Of a stretch of DNA of 64,000 bases, positions 39,086 to 47,924 are shown in pieces; the stretch's first letter is position 1, and the number at the start of each line of letters is the position of its first letter. The stretch lies in NCBI GenBank assembly GCA_964570505.1, contig CAZMYL010000002.1, positions 118,608 to 182,607 on the forward strand, given 5' to 3'. The notes beneath the pieces were generated by a model. It made no database searches. It was not told the origin of the DNA and saw nothing but the letters and a program-made list of their open reading frames with translations. A program made the translations under genes and the position numbers. This stretch comes from an uncultured Pseudomonadota bacterium (GTDB lineage: Bacteria; Babelota; Babeliae; Babelales; CAIQNR01).

Positions 39086-40355
39086 TTTTATTTTATATCT
39101 TAGAACTGATATTTGTGGAGACCAAATTAATACAGGAGGCTCTGTAAGTCATACGATAGGAGTTATTGATGGCTTTCAAGCAAAAAAATATAATGGTATA
39201 ATTTTTTCATCACAAATGAGAGAGGTTTTATCTCAAAAAAAAGATATTATTTATTACAATCTTTGTGCTGTTTCATTTTTATTTTTGCGCTGGAAATTTA
39301 ATTATTTACGTTGGCGTCTTGAATCTTTTTTTTCAACATTTTTTTTCTTTTTTAAAATTCTTTATTTTTCTAAAAATATTAAATTTTCTTATATTTATCA
39401 TCGTTATAGCATTTTAAATTTTACAGGATTGTTATTGAGTTGGTATAAAAAAATTCCATTAATACTGGAATATAATGGCTCTGAAGCATATTGGTTTGAT
39501 GTTCCATCTAATGATGTATGGTACCGTAGATGGTTTGCTTTTAGAAAACTTTCTTATGTAGTAGAAAATTTAAATATTAAATATGCACAAAGTATAGTTG
39601 TTGTTTCTAAAGCGCTTAAAGATGATCTTATTGCAAGAGGAATTAATCATAATAAAATTTTGGTTAATCCTAATGGGGTTGATCAACTTTATTTTGAAAG
39701 TAATCGTGTTATGGAAAAAAGAAATAGTATTCGCAGTAGGTATAATTTTGAAAAATCATTTGTTTTTGGGTTTGTTGGTACATTTGGTCATTGGCATGGT
39801 ATAGAAGTTTTAGAGCATATAATTCCTATTGTATGTAATAAAAAGCCTGAAGCACGGTTTTTGCTTATTGGGGATGGTCTTTTAAAAGAAAAAGCGCAAG
39901 AAGCTCTAAAGGAATATATTATAGAAGGTAAGGTGATATTTACAGGAAAAACTGCTCAAGAAGAAGCACCAAATTACCTTTCGGCATGCGATGCTTTTTT
40001 ATGTCCTACACAGCCAAATGTAGACGGAACTCGTTTTTTTGGTTCTCCAACTAAGCTTTTTGAATATATGAGCATGGCAAAACCTGTTTTTGCTTCTGAT
40101 TTAGAACAATTAAGTGAAGTAATTTTTCCAGCAATAAAAACTTTTGAAAACGAAAATTGTAATGTTATAGATGAAGTTGGATTTTCGATAGATCCACTTG
40201 ATTGGGATGCGTGGGTAAAAGCATGTTGTATGTGCATTGAAATGAATTCAAAACAGAGAGCATTATTGGGCAGCAATGCTCGTGCTAAGGTTCTGAATAA
40301 CTATACATGGCAAAAGCATGTAGAAAATATTATTAATCATATAAAAAGGGTGTGA
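39066..40355 (+). CDS. GT4-type (GT-B) glycosyltransferase, full length
   Basis: N-half shared with the 34843 fragment. C-half has GFVGTFGHWHG and FGSPTKLFEYMSMAKPVFASD (E-x7-E region). Confidence 0.85.
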   Translation: MLHYKNNFILYLRTDICGDQINTGGSVSHTIGVIDGFQAKKYNGIIFSSQMREVLSQKKDIIYYNLCAVSFLFLRWKFNYLRWRLESFFSTFFFFFKILYFSKNIKFSYIYHRYSILNFTGLLLSWYKKIPLILEYNGSEAYWFDVPSNDVWYRRWFAFRKLSYVVENLNIKYAQSIVVVSKALKDDLIARGINHNKILVNPNGVDQLYFESNRVMEKRNSIRSRYNFEKSFVFGFVGTFGHWHGIEVLEHIIPIVCNKKPEARFLLIGDGLLKEKAQEALKEYIIEGKVIFTGKTAQEEAPNYLSACDAFLCPTQPNVDGTRFFGSPTKLFEYMSMAKPVFASDLEQLSEVIFPAIKTFENENCNVIDEVGFSIDPLDWDAWVKACCMCIEMNSKQRALLGSNARAKVLNNYTWQKHVENIINHIKRV

Positions 40356-41185
40356 GTGTGAATAATCAAAAAATTAAAAATATATCAAAGCAATTATGGG
40401 GTAGCGATCCTGCAGGAATGGTATTTGGTAAAGAATTTGAAAAAGGAAGCAAAAATTTTTTTGAGAGAGTACTTGAAAAAAGATTTTTATATGAGTGTCA
40501 GTGGCTTAATGAAATTGTTGATTTTAGTCGATTTAATAAAAAAAATATTTTAGAAATAGGTTGTGGTGCCGGTTATGATGCATATCAATTTTGTAAAAAT
40601 GGTGCATTTTATACCGGAATTGATCTGACTCCTGAAAATATACTTCTTGCTAAAAAGCATCTTTTTTATTATGGATTTATGCCTACTATTTTAGAATTAG
40701 ATGTGGAGAAAATGAATTTCGATTCTTTATTTGATTTTATATTTAGTTTTGGGGTGTTGCATCATACTCCATCTATAATAGAAGCATTAAAAGGGATACA
40801 TAGGGCATTAAAAATGGGAGGAGAAGCTCAAATTATTGTGTATCATAAAAATTCAATTTTTTATCGAATTCATTTGTTTTTATTTGATTGGATTTTACGT
40901 GGTAAATTTTTAAAAATGTCTTTTAAAAAAAGATTGTCTCAAATAGAGTTTACAACTTTAGATGTAGAGCCATTAGTAAATGTTTATAGTAAAAAAGAGC
41001 TTATTTTGCTTATGGAGTCGACGGGGTTCAAGGTCATAAAAATTGATATTAGAAAATTAAATAGAGAAGATTTGCCGCTAATTCCATTTGTTGAAAAATT
41101 GTATAAATATATTCCTGATTCATTGCTTTATTTTTTTAGTAAAAAATGGGGATGGTATCTTTCTGTGCGTGCAATAAAACAATAA
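40352..41185 (+). CDS. class I SAM-dependent methyltransferase
   Basis: Motif I ILEIGCGAGYDA. The GTG start overlaps the GT4 stop by 4 nt. Confidence 0.8.
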   Translation: MSVNNQKIKNISKQLWGSDPAGMVFGKEFEKGSKNFFERVLEKRFLYECQWLNEIVDFSRFNKKNILEIGCGAGYDAYQFCKNGAFYTGIDLTPENILLAKKHLFYYGFMPTILELDVEKMNFDSLFDFIFSFGVLHHTPSIIEALKGIHRALKMGGEAQIIVYHKNSIFYRIHLFLFDWILRGKFLKMSFKKRLSQIEFTTLDVEPLVNVYSKKELILLMESTGFKVIKIDIRKLNREDLPLIPFVEKLYKYIPDSLLYFFSKKWGWYLSVRAIKQ

Positions 41186-41199
41186 TCTATAGTAAAATA

Positions 41200-42144
41200 A
41201 TGAATACAAATAAATTATATTACTTGTTTTTAACAGGGTTTCTTGTTTTCTTTATATTTATTAATATTTTTGGAATACATATTCTTAGAAAATACAATTA
41301 TTTTTTTAGAGCTATTCCTGTTTCTGATATGTCGTCATTAGAATATTCATTTCCTTGTCAAACGCCTTCTCAGATTCAACAATTATGTGGTAGTACACAT
41401 CAAGAAACGCTTAAAAATGTTATGAATTTTGTTTCCTGTAAAAATAAATCAATAGTGCCTTTAAGTGATAATGTTCAAAGTTTTTTTGAATGTGCTAAAA
41501 ATGAAGGTGTTTTAACATGTAATGGAATGGCAGAATTATATCTTCATGCGCTTAGGCTTCAAGGTGTTAAAGCGCGCAAATTATTTGTAGTTAAAAATTT
41601 TGGAGATCCTTATCAATCACATACTACGGTAGAAATTTTTATTGATGGCAAATGGCGTATTTTTGACCCAACGTTTCATGTCAGTTTTAAAAAAAATGAC
41701 CAATTATTAGGAGCTCAAGACATTGCAGAATCTATTATAGATGGATCATTTTCAAAAATTGAACCAGTTTTTTATGGTGAAGTAAATTATTCTTGCCGGC
41801 TTGATTCTTATTATATGCATTGGTTGTCATTGTATAATAATATTTTGCTTTTTAAGTATCCTCAACCTGTATCTTCAGTTGTGCAAAAATTAATGCAACA
41901 ACTTACGCGTTACTGGAATGGGCCAGTTTTATACTATTTTTCTCAAGATGGCCTGGTCAATAGGTATTTTGAAATACTGAATAGAGTATATTTTTTAATT
42001 ATTTGTATACTTCCGCTTATGATAATTTTAATTGTTTTTTTATTGCTCCTGATTATTCTTATCGAGATATATAAAAAAAGAATATGCATATTAAAAAAAG
42101 GTGAGCATGTTATATCAAAATGTATTTCAAAAAAAATTACTTAA
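41200..42144 (+). CDS. membrane-anchored transglutaminase-like (Cys-His-Asp) domain protein
   Basis: N-terminal TM LYYLFLTGFLVFFIFINIFGI. Putative triad context LTCNGMAELYLHALRLQGVKARKLFV ... HTTVEIFIDGKWRIFDPT. C-terminal TM. Confidence 0.7.
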   Translation: MNTNKLYYLFLTGFLVFFIFINIFGIHILRKYNYFFRAIPVSDMSSLEYSFPCQTPSQIQQLCGSTHQETLKNVMNFVSCKNKSIVPLSDNVQSFFECAKNEGVLTCNGMAELYLHALRLQGVKARKLFVVKNFGDPYQSHTTVEIFIDGKWRIFDPTFHVSFKKNDQLLGAQDIAESIIDGSFSKIEPVFYGEVNYSCRLDSYYMHWLSLYNNILLFKYPQPVSSVVQKLMQQLTRYWNGPVLYYFSQDGLVNRYFEILNRVYFLIICILPLMIILIVFLLLLIILIEIYKKRICILKKGEHVISKCISKKIT

Positions 42145-42186
42145 AAAAATTAAAGAATGCTGCTGTTGAAAAATTAAGGATTAGTT

Positions 42187-43356
42187 ATGCTGAAAAGTAG
42201 AATATTTAACCTTTTAAATACTTTTTATGCTTATAAAAAGTATGGTCAATTATTGTTATTTTCTAACCAAAACATTGTTTCTAAATTATCTTGTTGCGAT
42301 GATTTAGGTCTTTTTATGTATGTTCCATTTTTTAGTTCATTATTTGGTTTGGACCCTATTGTAGGGTCAAAATTCTTTTTTTTAGGATTATTAAGTATTT
42401 TTTTTCTAATAATTGGAGTTTGTTTTTTTTCGCTTGTTAAAAATATAGGTGCTGCTTTAGCTGTTAGTTTTGGATTATATCGATTAATACATCCATTTTA
42501 TGAACTTTCTGATGTTTATTTAGGATATGTATTGCCCTTTGTAGCAATCCCATTGCTTCTTGTATCGCTTGAAAAAAATAATAAAAAACTGTTTTTAACT
42601 AGTTTTTTTGTTGCTGGTCTGGTTGGAAGTTTTTCTGATATTTTACGCATTCTTTCATCAACTCCTGTTATAGTATTTTTTTTAATTATTTTGCTTTTTA
42701 ATACTTTATATACACGGTACAAAAAAATAATACCTTTGTTGTTTTTGCTTGCAGGATATTCTATTCCTTATGTTCATTTTAACTATGTTTTGCATCAACG
42801 AGATTTGTTTTTAAAAAATAATCATTATCAGCAACAGGATGTTCCTATACAACATGTTTTTTGGCATAATATGTATATAGGTTTTGGATTTTTGAAAAAT
42901 AATCATGATATTACCTGGGAAGATTCATGCGGAGAGCGTCATGCAAGAGAAATAGTTCCTGGGGTAGAAGTTGGTTCGCCTGTTTATGAAAAAACTATAA
43001 GAAATTTAATTTTTAATTTAATTAAAAATGATCGTTATTTTGTAGCCAACACCTTATTTGCAAAATTTGGAATTTTAATTTTTTTCTTTTGTTTATATTT
43101 TGGATTTTTAGGCCTTTTGGCTTCTTATTTTGTTCCTAAAGCGTGGTATGTAGAACTTGCATTTTTATGTTGCGCTGGCGTAAGTGCTTTACCAGGTCTT
43201 TTAACAATTCCCGTTACGGCATATTTAATTGGATTTATTACGTGTACCATTTTTTATTCCATATATAGTCTTATGTATTTTTTTAATAACAATGGATTGA
43301 CGGAGATTGAAAAAAGCTTTAAAAAATTTTTGCTTATCATAAAAAATACTCGGTAA
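42187..43356 (+). CDS. uncharacterised polytopic membrane protein, paralog A
   Basis: About 10 hydrophobic helices. Shares FWHNMYIGFGF and SALPGLLTIP blocks with the 44301-45494 ORF. Confidence 0.7.
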   Translation: MLKSRIFNLLNTFYAYKKYGQLLLFSNQNIVSKLSCCDDLGLFMYVPFFSSLFGLDPIVGSKFFFLGLLSIFFLIIGVCFFSLVKNIGAALAVSFGLYRLIHPFYELSDVYLGYVLPFVAIPLLLVSLEKNNKKLFLTSFFVAGLVGSFSDILRILSSTPVIVFFLIILLFNTLYTRYKKIIPLLFLLAGYSIPYVHFNYVLHQRDLFLKNNHYQQQDVPIQHVFWHNMYIGFGFLKNNHDITWEDSCGERHAREIVPGVEVGSPVYEKTIRNLIFNLIKNDRYFVANTLFAKFGILIFFFCLYFGFLGLLASYFVPKAWYVELAFLCCAGVSALPGLLTIPVTAYLIGFITCTIFYSIYSLMYFFNNNGLTEIEKSFKKFLLIIKNTR

Positions 43357-43360
43357 TGTT

Positions 43361-44383
43361 ATGAAAAAAATAATATCAATTGTTGTACCTGTTTTTAATG
43401 AAGAGGTAAATCTTTTTAACTTATATGCAGCGCTTCAAGAAGTTTTTATTTTTTTAGAGCCTTTGTATAATTATGAAGTTATTTTGATAGATGATGGCAG
43501 TAAAGATGCGTCATGGTCATTAATGCAGAAGCTTGCAGATAAAGATTTTCATATAAAAATTATTTCTTTTTCTCGTAATTTTGGTCATCAAATGGCATTA
43601 ACAGCAGGGTATGACATTGCTTGTGGTGATGCTATTGTTACCATAGACGCTGATTTGCAAGATCCTCCATCGGTCATTATTTCTATGATACAAGAATGGG
43701 AAAAAGGGTATTATATTGTCTATGCACGTCGATTAACTCGAAAAGATAGTTTTTTTAAAAAAATTGTAGCAGCAGTTTATTATTATATTTTACATCTTAT
43801 TGCTGATGTTTCTATACCACGAAACGTAGGAGATTTTAGGCTTATTGATAGAAAAGTTTTAGATAGTATTAAAAGTATTAGAGAGACAACATGTTATTGG
43901 AGAGGTATGGTTGCATGGACAGGCTTTCCGCATACTTTTGTTGATTTTAAAAGAGAAGAAAGAGCTGGTGGAACTCCAGGATATACATGGAAAAAAAGCT
44001 TTAAGCTAGGTATTGATGGTATTACTGGTTTTTCTTCGTTTCCTTTAGAAATAGCAGCATATATAGGTTTTTTTGTTGTTATTACAGGTAGCCTGATGCT
44101 TTCTTATATTACATATGATGCAATTGTTAATACTATTCGATATCCACTTTTTAAGTGGCTTACTACGATAGTGTATATTTTTATGGGTGTTCAATTTTTG
44201 CTTATGTGGTTAGTTGGTGAATATATTGGACGTATTTATATGCATCAAAAAAGTAGGCCTCTTTATTTAATTAAAGAACAAAATTTAGGAAAATCTGTAT
44301 ATGAAAATAATGCCTATACGGCTAGAAGTTCTAAATCAAGCATATCAAGCAGTTCAAGAAACAGGACAAATGCTCATTCGTAA
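43361..44383 (+). CDS. GT2 polyprenyl-phosphate glycosyltransferase (GtrB/ArnC/DPM1-like), copy A
   Basis: SIVVPVFNEE, DDGSKD and [10 protein letters not shown], plus two C-terminal TM helices. Confidence 0.9.
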   Translation: MKKIISIVVPVFNEEVNLFNLYAALQEVFIFLEPLYNYEVILIDDGSKDASWSLMQKLADKDFHIKIISFSRNFGHQMALTAGYDIACGDAIVTIDADLQDPPSVIISMIQEWEKGYYIVYARRLTRKDSFFKKIVAAVYYYILHLIADVSIPRNVGDFRLIDRKVLDSIKSIRETTCYWRGMVAWTGFPHTFVDFKREERAGGTPGYTWKKSFKLGIDGITGFSSFPLEIAAYIGFFVVITGSLMLSYITYDAIVNTIRYPLFKWLTTIVYIFMGVQFLLMWLVGEYIGRIYMHQKSRPLYLIKEQNLGKSVYENNAYTARSSKSSISSSSRNRTNAHS

Positions 44384-45494
44384 GCTTTCAAGTGGTATAT
44401 TAATTCCTGCAGAATATCAATTTGGTGGTGATATTGGATGTACGTATGCAATAACATTTATATCAAAAATATTTAATTTAGAACTATCAGATTCAATCTT
44501 CGTTTTTTATGCATTTTTTATAACAATAAGTTTGATTGTTGCATCAGTTGGAATGTGTTGCTTTACAAAATCATATAAAACTCGATTTTTTTCTTTTATG
44601 AGTATTTTGTTGTTAGCATATGTTTCTTGGTCTATTGGTGATGAATATACTATTAGTTTTTGCGCAGCAGCCTATGTACCTTTAATACTTTATATATTTG
44701 AAAAAAAAGATAAAAATATGACTGCAAGTATTTGTTTTTTAGTAGGCATTCTTGTAGTTATATTTAATTTTTTTAGAATTCATACAGGTACATTACTTGC
44801 GCTTGTTGTATGTGCTTGCATTGGGATGTCTGCTTATAACAAAAAAGTAAAAATTCTTTTATTAAGTTTGTTTTGCTTTGGATATTTTGGAATGCAATAT
44901 TTTATTAAGTCTCTTTTTATACAAAGAAATGAATATTTAAAAGCTCATGGTTATTATGCATCTTCTCAAGGTCATAAACATACTTTTTGGCATAATGTTT
45001 ATCCTGGGTTTGGTTTTATAGAAAATGATAAAAATCTTTATTTCTCAGATAACTGTTCTGCCTATAAGGTAAAAACTATAAATCCATCAACTGTATATTT
45101 ATCTAAGGATTATGACCATATTTTAAAGCATGAAGTTTTTAAACTTATTCTTTATAGTCCACATTTTGTACTGAGAGTTGTTTTTGCAAAATTAGGGGTT
45201 CTTTTTTATTATTTTATTCTTTGTTTATTACCTGCCTTTTGGGCTTTGTTTTTGCCCTATATGCCACTTAGGATTCATATACCTTATTGGATAGCTATGT
45301 TGTGGGGAGCGCTTCCTGGGTTATTAACTATTCCTAATGTTTTATATCTACTTGGATTTATTGCAACTGCATGGTTATATGGATTGCATCTTATAATATA
45401 TGCATTGAATATGAACAACTTTTATTTTTATATGCGCACTACCAAGCTTTTTTTTGTGCAATTATTCCATAAAGTCCGCCTAATGGAGCTTTAG
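44301..45494 (+). CDS. uncharacterised polytopic membrane protein, paralog B
   Basis: FWHNVYPGFGF and GALPGLLTIP blocks. N-terminal similarity to paralog A (N..Y....GQ(L/M)L ... D-(L/I)-G) supports the early start, which overlaps the GT2 tail by 83 nt. Confidence 0.7.
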   Translation: MKIMPIRLEVLNQAYQAVQETGQMLIRKLSSGILIPAEYQFGGDIGCTYAITFISKIFNLELSDSIFVFYAFFITISLIVASVGMCCFTKSYKTRFFSFMSILLLAYVSWSIGDEYTISFCAAAYVPLILYIFEKKDKNMTASICFLVGILVVIFNFFRIHTGTLLALVVCACIGMSAYNKKVKILLLSLFCFGYFGMQYFIKSLFIQRNEYLKAHGYYASSQGHKHTFWHNVYPGFGFIENDKNLYFSDNCSAYKVKTINPSTVYLSKDYDHILKHEVFKLILYSPHFVLRVVFAKLGVLFYYFILCLLPAFWALFLPYMPLRIHIPYWIAMLWGALPGLLTIPNVLYLLGFIATAWLYGLHLIIYALNMNNFYFYMRTTKLFFVQLFHKVRLMEL

Positions 45495-46155
45495 TAAGAT
45501 ATTTTTCTAAAGGTCGCAGAATCCGTAAAATATTAGGAAAAAAACAATAAAATATAAGTTCTTTGTAGTAAGGATAAAAGAGTTTTTTTGCATACCAAGG
45601 AGTGAGCATTGTTGCATTTTGATCAATTGGATTGCGATTAAAAATGTAACGAGTTCCTGGATTTATTGGGTTTAATTCAAAAACAATCAAAAACCCTTGT
45701 GGTTTAAGAACACGCATACATTCTTTTTTATAATGATGATGCATTTCAAAAGGAATATGATGAAATACTCCAGCTGCATAGATAACATCAAAAGTATTGT
45801 CTTCAAAAGGAATTTTTTCGTGTGAAATTGAAAATGAAATATTTACGTAGTTTTTATGAGCAACTTCTATGCTTTCAGGAGATGGGTCAACACCAAAGCA
45901 TGTAGAATTTGGAAACAAATTTTTAACTGCAGCAGTCATTGCTCCATCTCCGCAACCAAAGTCCAATATAGTAGATGGATTTTGAATATTGTATCGAGAG
46001 AGCCATTCTTTAAGTTTATGAGCTTTTAAAGTAATAAAATAATCAAAGCTTTCTCCTGTTGGTGCGCAGTGTACATTAAGATTTTCTCTATAGTTATCAA
46101 TATAATTATCAAATTCTGTAAGTGTTGGTTTTTTATTTTTGTGCAATTGTTCCAT
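45439..46155 (-). CDS. class I SAM-dependent methyltransferase (tandem paralog 1)
   Basis: ILDFGCGDG, GVFHHIPFE, MLTPWYAKK, IFYCFFP. Confidence 0.85.
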   Translation of the reverse strand: MEQLHKNKKPTLTEFDNYIDNYRENLNVHCAPTGESFDYFITLKAHKLKEWLSRYNIQNPSTILDFGCGDGAMTAAVKNLFPNSTCFGVDPSPESIEVAHKNYVNISFSISHEKIPFEDNTFDVIYAAGVFHHIPFEMHHHYKKECMRVLKPQGFLIVFELNPINPGTRYIFNRNPIDQNATMLTPWYAKKLFYPYYKELIFYCFFPNILRILRPLEKYLTKAPLGGLYGIIAQKKAW

Positions 46156-46813
46156 AAAGTCCTCCGAAAGGTATTTTTGTTAACCATTTTTCAATTAGTC
46201 GTAATTTTTTTAAAAATTTAGGAAAGAAACAATAAAAAATTGTTTCTTTGTAAAAATCATTTGTTATTTTTTTTGCATACCAAGGAGTGAGCATTTTTGC
46301 ATTTTTTTCCATAGGATGACCATTAAAAATATATTGAGTTCCTGGATTAAGAGGATTGAGTTCAAATAATATAAGAATTCCTCCAGGTTTTAAAATGCGA
46401 TATAATTCTTTGATGCAATTATTATGTTTTTCAAAAGGTATGTGATGAAAAACTCCAGCACAATAAATAATATCAAACATATTCATTTTAAATAATTCTA
46501 AAGACTCTCCTAATTCATAAAATGTACAATCAGGAGCATTTTCTTTTGCAAGATGTATACTTTCAATTGATGGATCAACTCCAATAATGTGTGATAATGG
46601 AAAGAGTTTTTTAACTTCATAGCTCATAATTCCATCGCCACATCCAAAATCAAGAATATATGCTGGGTTATGTAATTTATAATTGGTTGCCCACATTTTT
46701 AATTTTTCTGCTTTTAGCTTTGCAAAATAATGGCTGTTTTCTCCGGTAGGTGATAAATATTTTGTTTGTTCTTGACGATACTGTGTAGCAAATTGGTCAA
46801 ATTCATGATTCAT
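46133..46813 (-). CDS. class I SAM-dependent methyltransferase (tandem paralog 2)
   Basis: Same blocks as 45439-46155. There is a 23-nt overlap with its paralog. Confidence 0.85.
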   Translation of the reverse strand: MNHEFDQFATQYRQEQTKYLSPTGENSHYFAKLKAEKLKMWATNYKLHNPAYILDFGCGDGIMSYEVKKLFPLSHIIGVDPSIESIHLAKENAPDCTFYELGESLELFKMNMFDIIYCAGVFHHIPFEKHNNCIKELYRILKPGGILILFELNPLNPGTQYIFNGHPMEKNAKMLTPWYAKKITNDFYKETIFYCFFPKFLKKLRLIEKWLTKIPFGGLYGTIAQK

Positions 46814-46925
46814 TTTGTATGCTCCTTTTTTATTTGTATCAATTACTATCAGATGCTAATGTTTTTTGGTCAAGAAAAAAATATAATGCATACTTATGAA
46901 AGTTTAGTTTAAAGAGCGTAGATAT

Positions 46926-47924
46926 ATGAAAAAAATATCAATTATTATTCCGGTATATAATGAAGCATCTAATATTACTGTTTTGTATGATCGACTTGTT
47001 GCAATAGCACAAAAATTACCATCATATATTTTTGAATTTATATGTGTTAATGATGGGAGTTTTGACAACTCTTGGCAATTAATTGAAAATCTTTCGCTTC
47101 AAGATTCTAGAGTTAAAGGTATTTCTTTTTCTCGTAATTTTGGTTATCAAATGGCTCTTACGGCAGGGCATGATCATGCAACAGGAGATGCAATTATAAC
47201 GATAGATGCAGATTTGCAAGATCCACCAGAATTAATTATAGCTATGGTAAAAAAATGGGAAGAAGGTTTTTTTATTGTTTATGCACGTCGTTTAAGTAGA
47301 AATGATGGGTTTTTAAAAGATATTACTGCTAGTTTGTATTATAAATTATTAACTGCAGTATCAGATGTTCCTATTCCTGAAAATGTAGGAGATTTTCGTC
47401 TTATTGATCGTGAAGTTCTGAAACAAATAAATAACTGTAGAGAGCGTTTTAGATATTGGAGAGGTATGGTAGCCTGGACAGGCTTTACTCATACATTTGT
47501 CTACTTTACACGCCCAGAAAGGGTATCTGGGCAAACAGGATATACCTGGTTAAAGCTTTTAAAATTAGCATTTGATGGCATTACAAGTTTTTCTATGTTT
47601 CCTTTAAAAATTGCTGCCTATATTGGTTTTTTTGTAATTATTACTGGAAGTTGCATGTTTTTTTATATTAGCTGTGATGTATTTTTATGGGGAGCTCGTT
47701 ATCCACTTTTTAAATGGCTTGTAACTATTATCTATATTTTTATGGGAATACAATTTTTGTTAATGTGGTTGCTTGGTGAATATATAGGCCGTATGCATGA
47801 TCAACAAAAACAACGGCCTTTATATATTGTGCAAAAAAGTTGTGGATATAGTTTTAAGACGCCTCAATTAATAGTTAATAATAGTGTAAATAATTCGGTT
47901 TCTTCGCCTCACAAAGTATTGTAA
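46926..47924 (+). CDS. GT2 polyprenyl-phosphate glycosyltransferase (GtrB/ArnC/DPM1-like), copy B
   Basis: [15 protein letters not shown] and [10 protein letters not shown], plus two C-terminal TM helices. Collinear with copy A along its whole length. Confidence 0.9.
   Translation: MKKISIIIPVYNEASNITVLYDRLVAIAQKLPSYIFEFICVNDGSFDNSWQLIENLSLQDSRVKGISFSRNFGYQMALTAGHDHATGDAIITIDADLQDPPELIIAMVKKWEEGFFIVYARRLSRNDGFLKDITASLYYKLLTAVSDVPIPENVGDFRLIDREVLKQINNCRERFRYWRGMVAWTGFTHTFVYFTRPERVSGQTGYTWLKLLKLAFDGITSFSMFPLKIAAYIGFFVIITGSCMFFYISCDVFLWGARYPLFKWLVTIIYIFMGIQFLLMWLLGEYIGRMHDQQKQRPLYIVQKSCGYSFKTPQLIVNNSVNNSVSSPHKVL

Noticed and set aside
26884-47924. Glycan locus as a horizontally acquired genomic island or mobile element
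   Set aside because: No integrase, transposase, flanking tRNA or direct-repeat boundaries are visible, and the base composition looks the same as the flanks by eye. A formal k-mer or GC analysis was not possible here.
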